A stretch of DNA of 64,000 bases, taken from Savitreella phatthalungensis. Lineage: Eukaryota. Location: contig AP039696.1 in the NCBI GenBank assembly GCA_051599415.1, forward strand, positions 1 to 64,000, written 5' to 3'. The translations under genes were made by a program, and so were the position numbers. The notes under the pieces were generated by a model. It had not been told where the DNA came from, ran no database searches, and saw nothing but the letters and a program-made list of their open reading frames with translations. Position 1 is the stretch's first letter, and each line of letters opens with the position of its first letter. Below, piece by piece: positions 52,990-63,151 of the stretch.

Positions 52990-54066
52990 CTAAAGGCTCA
53001 GATCAAAAACTACCTTCTGCACCTTGCGCTTATCAAATTCCTCGTATCCATCAACGGCTTTGTCGATCGGAAGCACTCGGTCAACAAAGCCTTCAAAATC
53101 TTTCTGGTGATCTGCCATGATTTCGATCGCTTCAGGCAGAATTGACCTGACCGGACACCGACCGTAAATCATGGTGATGTTCTTGCTGAAGCAGTCTTCA
53201 CCGGAATACGGGAGTGGAGCGTTATGAACGCCTACCGATGACAGGATCCCAAATGGACGTACGCTGTCAAAGGCTAAGCGCAATGCTGATTCGTGGCCAA
53301 CCACCTCGCAAGCCGCATCAACCCCACGACCCTGAGTTCCTTCTTTGAGTCGCTGCACTACCTCGGCCGGTTGTGCCATATTTAGCTCGAGTGGATGTGC
53401 ACCAAGAGAGCTGGCTTTCATCAGCCGACTTGCAACGGAGTCTATCGCGTAAATCCTGGAACCTTGGCCGAACTGCCGGAGATAGTGCTTCGCGGCAATG
53501 ATCGCGCACAATCCGACTGGCCCGCAACCAAAAATAGCAAGGGTCACGTCGTCTTGTTTTCGCAGATTTTGCAGGGCATTCTTGACGCAATACATTCCCG
53601 TTGGAAAGATGTCGCCTAGAAAGAGGAGAGTCCGCTTGTCAGCTATGTGCGGGGCATCTCGCAGGCGTAGTAATGTGGTACCCGCATACGGCACTCGCAC
53701 AAACTCTGCTTGACCGCCATCGAGTGAGGGACTTCCAAACAAAGATCCATGCTGGCATCTTGCGCTATAGCCTCGCTGGCAGAACCAGCATATACCGCAG
53801 CTCGTGGTGAACGGAGAGACGACCTGTTCACCTATCTTCAGATCTGTGACCGCGCTACCGATTTGCTCAACAGTGCCGAGGAATTCATGGCCCATGATAA
53901 AACCCGTCGAAGCTACTTTCTCAACGCCTCTGTAGCTGTGGAGTTCTGACCCGCACAAGGCAGCATACTGTACCTTGATAATAGCATCTGTAGGGGCACG
54001 AATTTCCGGCCTCGGCCTTTCCTCAACGGCAATGTGGCCAATGTTCTTGAAAACGATGGCACGCAT
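52990..54066 (-). CDS. Zn-dependent medium-chain dehydrogenase (formaldehyde-dehydrogenase-like)
   Basis: LCGSELH, GHE, CGICWFC...C, DIFPTG and GCGPVG. May have an upstream micro-exon (see findings). Confidence 0.92.
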   Translation of the reverse strand: MRAIVFKNIGHIAVEERPRPEIRAPTDAIIKVQYAALCGSELHSYRGVEKVASTGFIMGHEFLGTVEQIGSAVTDLKIGEQVVSPFTTSCGICWFCQRGYSARCQHGSLFGSPSLDGGQAEFVRVPYAGTTLLRLRDAPHIADKRTLLFLGDIFPTGMYCVKNALQNLRKQDDVTLAIFGCGPVGLCAIIAAKHYLRQFGQGSRIYAIDSVASRLMKASSLGAHPLELNMAQPAEVVQRLKEGTQGRGVDAACEVVGHESALRLAFDSVRPFGILSSVGVHNAPLPYSGEDCFSKNITMIYGRCPVRSILPEAIEIMADHQKDFEGFVDRVLPIDKAVDGYEEFDKRKVQKVVFDLSL

Positions 54067-55323
54067 GTAGAAGTCGCGCGTGTTTACCACCTGTAAGTCG
54101 ATCTGGGTAAGTCTGTGCTGGATGAGGCTCGGTACAATTCAACCCTGTAGTGTGCTGCGAGAACGCCTGCCAAAAATAGATCTCCATCTGCGCATCACGT
54201 CGGTAATGCTGCTGCTGTCAAGAAATAATAATTTGGCAACCCTTTTTACCAATTCATTTGAAAAGAACTTTTACCATGCACTGCGTGGATTGCGTGTGCT
54301 AACAAATTTGGTTTTAAACACAATTGGCGACTTGTAATACAGTCATTCATTTGTGAATCTACACAACACTGGAGCTACTCTCGAACTCCGGCTGATGATC
54401 CGCTCGAGAATAGTCATATGAGCTTGAAATGGTCATCTCCGCTTCAGCGACCCGAGCACTTATATGCTCTCTATATATGTATATCTGGATATTCCAACTG
54501 CGGTGAAGCATGTGACAATCCTATCTTTGGGTCTTGTAAATTACATGTCCTGTATGCGTGGTACTTGTGATTCGGATATCTGAAATTTTGGTATTTTTAT
54601 CACCTTGATCATTCGAAGTGATACACCTTGGAAGTCAAGAATCTGAAATTGTGTATACCTACGGGCGAACTGTATCTGCGACATGCATGTGACATTGTTG
54701 TCTATGCAAAAACATTTGATTTCGATGAGATCATGGTACAATTAATTGATTGATTCATATTTAATATCATTGACTTTCTCTCAGCTTAGGCGAATTAGCA
54801 CATAGGTTCAGTCTTGGCACCGCGAGCAATAGACAGACGCAGCCCAGGTCTGAAGCCGGTGACTCAAATTCATCCTCAAGCTATATGCAGAGAAAATGCA
54901 TGTCCGGAGGTAATTGATGGTGGACTGAACCATTCGAAACTTACCTGATCGGCCATGCTGCATCATCGGCACCTCAGATCGGTTTAGGCCTGGTCAGGCG
55001 AAGTTGGGCTGCATATGCTCACGCAATCCGACGAACGCTTCACACCACGCGTCCGCAACGCTCAATCTTTCCAGACAGGTTAGCATCACGTCAAGCGCGT
55101 TTCCGGTGGCGTTCTGCCGTTTGGTATTTGCGTCAGAACACTAGCTATAGTAGGCGCAACCATAATCGCTTGCGCACGGTCGTCGCACATTGCTGTTTCA
55201 ATAACAGCCCGAGACAACGTACACATTATCGATTGCTGCGCATCGTTTGCGGAAATTTCAGATACCGTTTGCCTTCAACAACACCGCTCGTAAACAACAG
55301 ATACCAGCGCCAGCTAAGTGAAT

Positions 55324-56067
55324 ATGAGTGGGCGCGCAGCAAATGTCAAGCTCGTACTGCTTGGTAAGCTTTCTGCTCCCCTTAGATGTGACGAGCCCCA
55401 CTGACTGTTATCACAGGGGAGGCCGCGGTAGGCAAATCTAGCCTATGCTTGCGCTTCGTGCAATCCGACTTCCAGGAAAATAAGGAGCCGACCGTAAGAA
55501 GACTTGAGAAAGGAATGAACGAGGACTGACCAGTAGATTGGCGCCGCTTTCCTCACGCAGAAGTGCCAAATCGAGAATAGAACTGTCAAGTTCGAAATTT
55601 GGGACACCGCTGGCCAGGAGCGCTTTCACTCTCTCGCCCCAATGTACTATCGCAATGCGCAAGCTGCTGTTGTGGTCTATGATATTACGAAGGCATCTTC
55701 GCTGGAGAAGGCCAAATCATGGGTGAAGGAATTGCAGCGCCAGGCGTCGCAGAACATCGTCATCTGCTTGGCTGGCAACAAACTCGACCTTGCTGACGAG
55801 GCAGGCGATGATGCTGAAGGCGCTGGAGAAATCTCACATCGTAGGCAGGTGCCATTTGAAGAGGGCAAGGCATATGCAGATGAGCAGAATCTCATCTTCT
55901 TCGAGACCTCGGCGAAGACAGGAGAAGGCGTTCAGGACGTCTTTGAGAACATCGCACGTGCTATTCCCGAGGAGGCCCCTGTCAGAAGCAGTGCCGGCCA
56001 ACGTGAAGAGCGGGTCAACCTTAATGCCGCCCAGGGAGAAACGCGGCAAAACGCATGCGCGTGCTGA
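55324..56067 (+). CDS. VPS21: Rab5-family GTPase, Vps21-like; exons 55324-55363, 55417-55493, 55537-56067
   Basis: Manual splicing of two GT-AG introns gives [14 protein letters not shown]...[14 protein letters not shown]...[18 protein letters not shown]...GNKLD...ETSAK...CAC. Confidence 0.9.
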
Positions 56068-56864
56068 AACATTTCGACCCGGCACAAGGTAGTCCACTCT
56101 TCATCATGAGGATTTTTGTCTTAGCGAGAGGATGACACCCTCTGAATGTATGATACGACCGCGCGGAAGGCTCCAGTAAGATGTTTGTTTATGCAAGATG
56201 TTTGTTCATGCGCAGCACTTCACACTAGACAGATTTTCGCACACAGATTTTCGTTGTACTGCTGGTTAGAGCACGCTATGCCATACCATGTCGAGATAGG
56301 TCAAGACGATCAATCCAATGACCTGCCCGTTGCCTTGGACGTATTTGTGAACATGGCTGTGCATATGCGCCTGAATCGAATCCCAACGGTCTTGCATTGA
56401 CAGATCTCGGTTCGAGGATGTGGTAGCAACGGAGCTGTACCAGGATGAATGGATCACGTGTGATACGCCGCAATGACTTCCGTGCGTGCACTAAAAAATG
56501 TCGTGGTTCTATCAAACAATTCGCTCAACTGTGCTTAGTGTCAGCACCGGACGTCAAACTCTGGGGCGCTTTCAATATTAGTCCTGATGAATGTGGCTGG
56601 AGCATTTTTCCAACCAACTTCCATTCTTGGTCATAGGTTCGACCCTGCTAAGTATGCACGTGCCGCGAGGTGTTGCCAATATTTCCTTCCTTTTGGCCGT
56701 GGGCAAATGATCACTTTTGTATTCTGTCTTGTCAGTCTGGGAAGTTCTTCCCTCTCCCGTTGCAGGGTACGCAGCGTCCGGACGTGGCAGTGGAGACTAC
56801 CAAGAACAGCGGCTTGATTGAAAAGTTGTGCTACACTCGATATCGCCTGATATTCCAAAGCGAC

Positions 56865-57776
56865 ATGTCGGCCGCAAACAAGATCACCAAGGTCACTCAG
56901 GACCCAATTGAGCTCACCGTAGCTCAGGCGCTCTACGATCTCGAGACGTCGGTTGCAGATCTCAAGGCGGACCTTCGTCCTCTTCAGATCTCTGCTGCTC
57001 GTGAGGTCGATGTTGGCGCCGGCAAGAAAGCGATCGTTGTCTTCGTGCCTGTACCACAGCTCAAGTCTTTCCACAAGATCCAGCAGCGCTTGACACGCGA
57101 ACTCGAGAAGAAGTTCTCCGATCGTCACGTCGTCTTCGTTGCTCAGCGCCGAATTCTGAAGAAGCCTGGACGTCGCAGCCGTACCACACAGAAGCGTCCG
57201 CGTTCGCGCACGCTGACTGCAGTCCATGAGAAGATCCTCGAGGACCTCGTCTTCCCAACGGAAATCGTCGGCAAGCGCACCCGCAACCTCGTTGACGGTC
57301 GCAAAGTTCAGAAGGTGTACGTTCTCCTCCCCCCGATCCCTGCACTGACATCCTCGAATTGCTCCGTGACCTCTTTTTGCTCTTTCTGCGCGATGCCCTG
57401 CTCGGTCTTATCATACACCGGCCTCGCACTGACGGAATGTGCGAGGGAGTTGTCGAATTGAGTACTGCGTCATTCTGTATTGAACTCGACATCCTCCCCG
57501 CACAAGGATACGCCCTTGCACTTTGCGGGTTACGTCTTCTTTGTTCCGTCACCGAGATGTCGCTATGGCAAGCATCGAGGCCTCTTGGACGATTGACCAG
57601 GACATCTCTGCTCTTCTGTTCCGTGTGATCATGCCATGCTGACTTCAATTTCTAGCTTCCTCGACCAGAAGGACGCCTCGACCGTGGATTACAAGCTCGA
57701 CTCGTTCTCCGCCGTCTACAACAAGCTGACGGGCAAGACGGTTGTGTTCGAGTTCCCCGCCGTTCAGCAGGAGTAA
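56865..57776 (+). CDS. RPS7: 40S ribosomal protein eS7; exons 56865-57316, 57656-57776
   Basis: [12 protein letters not shown] and [13 protein letters not shown]. The intron GTACGT...GCTGAC...TAG joins in frame to FLDQKD...[23 protein letters not shown]. Confidence 0.97.
57391..57577 (+). ncRNA. Candidate structured cis-regulatory RNA in the RPS7 intron
   Basis: Five mutually compatible stems plus an 8-bp loop pseudoknot, found by eye (see findings). Function not established. Confidence 0.5.
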
Positions 57777-58089
57777 GTGGCAGGCCTCATACCATCAACG
57801 CTACTGCAATCTTCGACTTCTTATGATGTAGATCTCGCGAGAGCTACGTATACAAAAGCATACCGCATGATGACCCTATCTTTATTGTTCTTCATCTTCG
57901 CTTGCCCTCACCAGGTTGCTAAATATGTGCGTCGTGAAGAGTATTGATTTTGAAGAGTTTGTGCATCTTATGTTCTCACTGTTCATTGTCTGCGACTCGA
58001 CGCTCCTTCAGTCGTGCGGCAAATTATCAATGCACATTAGAACTAAAGAATCTCATTAGCACGCGCCTGCGTGGTTTGGCACAGTCGTC

Positions 58090-59373
58090 ATGCGGCCTGT
58101 CGTGCGACTGCTGTTTGTGATGCTGATGGCCATAAGCGCTCTGCTTGGCGTCCGCCATCTACTCCATCGTCTTGACGATCTCTCTCGCGCTCGCAAAGGT
58201 GCCTCGCCTGGCGCTGTCGATCATTTTGTAAGTCTACATCGTGCGGCGAAGAAAGATCGTCGCGGTCGTCTACTCGTTCCTGCCACCGCTCCTCCGTTGT
58301 TCGCTATAGCAGACATTCATGGCGATCTTCCGCGTGCCAGACGGGCGCTAGCACATGCTGGCGTGGTCTCGCCAAAGACAGGCGACTGGACAGCTGGTGC
58401 TGCAACCCTCGTGCAGACTGGTGATATCGTTGATCGTGGCCCGGACACGCTTGCGATCTATAATATGACGGCGACGCTTGCGGCACAAGCGTCGGAGCAA
58501 GGTGGCAGCGTCGTCCGTTTGCTCGGCAATCACGAATACATGAATGCGCTGCTCGACTGGCGCTATGTCGATCCTGCGGATACCGCCAAGTATCCGCATC
58601 CGTCAGCGAGCAATCGAGTCGCAGATTGGTCGGCTCGTCGGGACTTTCCTGTGCTACCGAGCTCGGACAATTCTATGGAGTCGAGCACGACTGGCGAGCG
58701 TATGCTAGTCGATTATGGCGTTACGTACTTAGACCCTGTGTATGGCGCGCACTTCATGCATGCAGGACTTTCCCGCGGCGTCGTCGAGGCGGGAATGCGA
58801 GTCGATGCTATTGGTCAAGAGTTCCTGCACGGCGTGCTGACCGGTCGGCTAGAGCGAAACTCTCCCCCTTCTGGAGCCGATGATCCGTCGCGGAACAAGT
58901 CACCACACCCTAGTCCATGGAAACCCAAGCATCGCGCTTTCTGGGCGGGAGAAGAGGGTCCTATGTGGTACCGAGGCTTTGCGGTCGACACCAATGAGAA
59001 GCGTGTATGCGAAGAGGCGGACTGGGTGCTTGACAACCTGTGGAAAACAGCACCAGGCGTGAAAGAGAGATCCGCCAAGCTCCGGTTCCGCCAGGGGAAT
59101 TTTCTGGTTATGGGTCACACACCTCAATTCGATGGCGCCCTCGTGCGATGCAGTGGTCGGGTCCTGCTTATCGATACTGGGATGTCACGCGCTTATGGCG
59201 GCCGAGCGGTCGTACTCGAGCTCGCACCTTCACCGCAGCCATTGGGACACAGGCCAAGCTTCGAGTTGGAGGAACCTGGTGATGACCAGGTTGAGTGGCG
59301 GGAAGTCGGTGTTCGACTCCACTACGATGATACTAAGACCGCACAGCACGTTCCCATTCATACAGAGCTCTAA
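58090..59373 (+). CDS. Calcineurin-like metallophosphoesterase, Shewanella-like (SLP) type, N-terminal signal anchor
   Basis: DIHGD, GDIVDRG, GNHE, HAG, GHT and IDTG motifs. Confidence 0.85.
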   Translation: MRPVVRLLFVMLMAISALLGVRHLLHRLDDLSRARKGASPGAVDHFVSLHRAAKKDRRGRLLVPATAPPLFAIADIHGDLPRARRALAHAGVVSPKTGDWTAGAATLVQTGDIVDRGPDTLAIYNMTATLAAQASEQGGSVVRLLGNHEYMNALLDWRYVDPADTAKYPHPSASNRVADWSARRDFPVLPSSDNSMESSTTGERMLVDYGVTYLDPVYGAHFMHAGLSRGVVEAGMRVDAIGQEFLHGVLTGRLERNSPPSGADDPSRNKSPHPSPWKPKHRAFWAGEEGPMWYRGFAVDTNEKRVCEEADWVLDNLWKTAPGVKERSAKLRFRQGNFLVMGHTPQFDGALVRCSGRVLLIDTGMSRAYGGRAVVLELAPSPQPLGHRPSFELEEPGDDQVEWREVGVRLHYDDTKTAQHVPIHTEL

Positions 59374-59430
59374 ACGATTTACGATATTTGACGTAACGTT
59401 CCTTTATGACATTAGTGGCGTTTCTGCCAA

Positions 59431-61437
59431 TCACCTGCTCTTGCGTGACTTGCGCTCGACCGCGATTGAATTTGCTCCTGAAGATTTGGAATGACGCGCT
59501 TTCTTTCGCATGGGATGCTGACCGGAAGCAGCTGCCTGGGCAGCCTGTCGTTCCGCTTCTAGTTGGGCCCATCGAGGCGCGTTTGACCAGAGCTGCTTCT
59601 GGAATTGCTTAACGCGTTTCTTTGCACCATACTTTTTGGCATCCTTGGCTTTGCGATCGTCAGGCCGGAAAGGCGCGAGCTTCTTCAGTCCGACATGCTC
59701 GTTGAGTTCTTTATCGTCCGCAAATAGGATATCCTCTGTCGTGAGACCATACGTCTCTGGCTCCGTCTTACGATACCTGAATCGTGTCGAGCCAAGCGGT
59801 CCGCTAATAGCAGGTAGAACCGCTAGATCATCATCCGCGTCTGGAACAGCCTGATGGCGGCTGTGCATGGCGGCGCTGATAGCCTCAGACTTCGCTGTAG
59901 CAATGACCCTGTCGTGCTCAGCATTCAGAGATGCGTCGACCAAGTCGTCAATTTTCCGTTTCCGCTTCTCTCGCTGCTTACGTGACAGCCCGGTGTCGAG
60001 CTCGCGGCCATTACCTTCGTCAACCGCCCGCTTTTTTGCTTTGCCGACAACTTCACCAGAGTCATCGAGGCCAAGGTCGCCAATGTCGATGTCATCGTCC
60101 CATTCCGGCTTCTTGTCATCTTCATCACCGTCATAGAAGCCGTCATCGAAGTTTTGTCGCATTTTCGTATCCCATGTGTCCGGGTCGAAGTCTCCATCCA
60201 CGTCAATCTGATCGAAAGCCATGCGCCGACCTGTTGCTTGCTCGATCTTGCGTAGCTTCTGCTCGATCTCTGTTCGCTTCAAGTTGCGTAGGCGAGCAAT
60301 TTCCTCGTCCCGTTGTCGAGCCTCTTCGCGACGCTTATCTGACTTTGCTTCACGCTTGTTTTTGCGACGTTCATCCTTTCGGCGCACACTGACCATGTCT
60401 CGTGGATGGGAGACAATCTCTGCAGCTCCCGGCTCCTCGAATCGAAAATTGTATGCTGTTTCAAACTGCTCGGCCCGTTCTTCGAACTCGGAATCGTCCT
60501 CGTCAGTGAGGTCGACCTCAGTCCCGCCATTTGACTTTTCGACCCAGCCCCGGTTCAGCATATAATTCATCAGGAAACCCTCTCCATCGGCGACTGCCCC
60601 ATCGTCTTGTATCTCGATCGTTTCACCGGCCTCGGCAAGCTGCTGTCTGAGAAACTCCTTGTAAGCGTCAGCTTCCTTCATCTCCTCGTCGGATGTTCGA
60701 GCCTTCTTGACGAGCAAATCCTCATCTTCGCTCGCATCATGTTCATCATTCTCAGCGACCGCTTGCTGAAAGGCAGCCTTCAGAGCTCGCTCCTCCTCCA
60801 CATTTGTCATGGGATGCGCCGAATCTTCTTCGTCAGAATCATCTTCCGGCTCGACGTTTCCCTTGCCAGAGAGCAAGGTGCGCCTGTGGACGTCAGCGAT
60901 CGTCACTGGCTTCTCCTTCTTTGTGTGCTTTGCAGATTTTCCGTCAGCAGTCAATTCATCGTCATCTTCTGGGACTTCATCGAAGAACTTGGCCTCGGAG
61001 TCATATAAGGAAGCATCCTTTGACTTTAGCTTCGAAAGCATTCTGAAGATGGCAACGTCCATGTCCGGCGTATCGAGCTCAGCCTGTTCATCCTCTTCCT
61101 CACTCGACGAATCATCGTCCTCGTCCTCGTCCTCGTCGATGTCATCGTTCCGGTCACGCGCTTCGCTGCTGCCAGCTCGCAGGGATGCATCGTTCTTGTA
61201 CTTCTCCTGCAATCGGTGCAAGTCTTCGCGCTTCTTGTTGTGCTCGAACCGTTTGGCATAGTCCGCATTGATTTTGAAGTCAGAATCAACGACGTCGTCA
61301 TCCACATCGTCGAAGAGCGCTACAGCCGCGGAGGATTTGGCTTCATGCTTCGAGCTCGATTCTGCAGTGGCAGTAGACGCACCAGCTCGAGCAGCCTCCT
61401 CTCTTGCCTTTTTGGCCGCGCTTTTCTTCCTCGCCAT
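59431..61437 (-). CDS. KRI1: Kri1 40S biogenesis factor
   Basis: FKINADYAKRFEHNKKRE, FETAYNFRFEEP, RLRNLKR and FRYR...YGLT.EDIL.ADDKELN..VGLKKLAPFR. Confidence 0.95.
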   Translation of the reverse strand: MARKKSAAKKAREEAARAGASTATAESSSKHEAKSSAAVALFDDVDDDVVDSDFKINADYAKRFEHNKKREDLHRLQEKYKNDASLRAGSSEARDRNDDIDEDEDEDDDSSSEEEDEQAELDTPDMDVAIFRMLSKLKSKDASLYDSEAKFFDEVPEDDDELTADGKSAKHTKKEKPVTIADVHRRTLLSGKGNVEPEDDSDEEDSAHPMTNVEEERALKAAFQQAVAENDEHDASEDEDLLVKKARTSDEEMKEADAYKEFLRQQLAEAGETIEIQDDGAVADGEGFLMNYMLNRGWVEKSNGGTEVDLTDEDDSEFEERAEQFETAYNFRFEEPGAAEIVSHPRDMVSVRRKDERRKNKREAKSDKRREEARQRDEEIARLRNLKRTEIEQKLRKIEQATGRRMAFDQIDVDGDFDPDTWDTKMRQNFDDGFYDGDEDDKKPEWDDDIDIGDLGLDDSGEVVGKAKKRAVDEGNGRELDTGLSRKQREKRKRKIDDLVDASLNAEHDRVIATAKSEAISAAMHSRHQAVPDADDDLAVLPAISGPLGSTRFRYRKTEPETYGLTTEDILFADDKELNEHVGLKKLAPFRPDDRKAKDAKKYGAKKRVKQFQKQLWSNAPRWAQLEAERQAAQAAASGQHPMRKKARHSKSSGANSIAVERKSRKSR

Positions 61438-62611
61438 GCGAAGATATCAACGCCGCTAGACGAGCCACCGAGAGCTGTCCGCTTTGTTCAGTGGTGCGTT
61501 GAATGGTGGGATACTCTTCGATACTTGTCGAAGGCACAGCTGGTCAGGTACCGATCACTATGCATCACGGCCCTTGTGATCAATCGATCAATCAATTGTC
61601 TACTCCATTACAACCGTTCGTCGACGTTGAGTTTAATTTTGTGGATGCATGAAAGCATCGATAATTATATACTGACACGTGACTTTATTGCTGGATTCGC
61701 CAGATGGTCCTGAGACATCGAGACCGCGCTGGGTGATGTGCCTCAAGGGGTACCTTCAAGGGCCTCGACATCATAAAATCGAGCCGAAACGTAGCATCGT
61801 ATATGTACTTCTGTGCACAAGATCTGATTTTTGTCATTTGATCTCACTAGGTCGGTATGATGAGACAGGAAATTGCAAAAGCCCAAAGCTGCGCACACTC
61901 TTCAGAGCTAGCCGGATATCGGAGATTCCTGATATCTCTGCAGATTCAACCGAATTCTAATGTCCTATGACGTCTTCTTCTGGTATTGATGACTCTGTTT
62001 CTCATGAGAATGCCACAAGTCATGCGGTGATGTTCAACACATATATGTTACAGCTCTCTCTTCATTGTGAGATCGCAATCCCCAATGCACTCCGCTCATC
62101 AATCTTCGAGTACCAGTTGTCATTGCAACGCTTGCACCGAGGTTCACGAGGGTATGCAGGAGGATCTGGTAAGCAGCTTACAAGACTTCGGCTCTAATCT
62201 GACTTCGTTTGTCAAATCAAATGCAATGATTCTACAATTTATTTCTGTCGTCTGTATGCTGACGTGAGTGCGATCGAGAAAGGCCTACCGTCTGACGTTC
62301 GCATTCTCAAACATGTTCGGAACTACTTCATCTTGCAGTGTTGCATGTGACAGGATGACTGGATGAACCAGTTGGCGGAGCAGTGTGAGGGAGGAGTGGT
62401 TGAACGTGCGAGGGGCGACTATTGAATTGACTCATGCTCTAGTCCCACCCTGACATGGACTATTTCATCAATGGAAATCGCGCCAGGGCTGATCGAGTGA
62501 TAACAAGCCCGATCAGAGTTTTAGTGCTGTATCTGTATCAGGTCAAATACTATACCGATCTGTGGCAATCAGCCATTTGTCTGCTATAAATGAGCCTTGT
62601 GTTGATGGATA

Positions 62612-62652
62612 TATGCATATGCTATATAATTTATGCATATGCTATATAATTT
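62612..62652. repeat. 20-bp tandem duplication, AT-rich
   Basis: ATGCATATGCTATATAATTT at 62613 and again at 62633. Confidence 0.9.
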
Positions 62653-63151
62653 CGATTGAATGCAGATCGAACGCCCATACTTACTTCATCTAATTTGACT
62701 GGCTGGATTTCGCTTCCAATTCTTATCATCTATTATCCTTTCCTAGAAACCTCTGTCGCTAGCCTTCTTCCATAGAATTCATGATATATCCGTTCCTCGC
62801 TACTTTAATCGGTGGCCTGAAATGATGGCGGTCAACGGTCGAACGTGATCGAATGAGTGATCAATCACGGTAATTGTTAACAGTATCGTTCGAGCTCTGA
62901 ACCATATGGACAATAACTCTACCGTGCACGGGATTCTGGCCAAGCACGGCAGAGAGTAAAGCAGGTTGCCAAGAAAGCGCCCACTGCCCTGCCCAGTCCA
63001 GTCACTTCACCAAGGTGACGTCCTCAAGCCTTAAGGAAGCTACGACAACTCTTAATTGTCGAGGAAGAATACACTGTGGAAGTCCAGCTTCCAGAGAGTG
63101 ACTGAGGCTTGACCTGAGCACCACCATCACCACGCCTGAACTAGGATTGTC

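Noticed and set aside
54938..55080. ACTTACCTG as a U1 snRNA 5' end
   Set aside because: No U1A loop (AUUGCAC), U1-70K loop or Sm site follows. Better explained as a - strand CAG|GTAAGT donor.
56670..57461. 263-aa RPS7 ORF as listed in the track
   Set aside because: It starts at a non-ATG codon upstream and reads into the intron; the spliced model restores the conserved C-terminus.
57317..57655. RPS7 intron as U17/snR30, C/D snoRNA, TPP or SAM-I riboswitch, or hammerhead
   Set aside because: I could not find the U17 m1/m2 motifs, RUGAUGA, the TPP core, the SAM-I core or CUGANGA/GAAA.
61440..63150. Short ORFs between KRI1 and the terminal ORF
   Set aside because: No recognisable motifs; cannot be supported without expression data.
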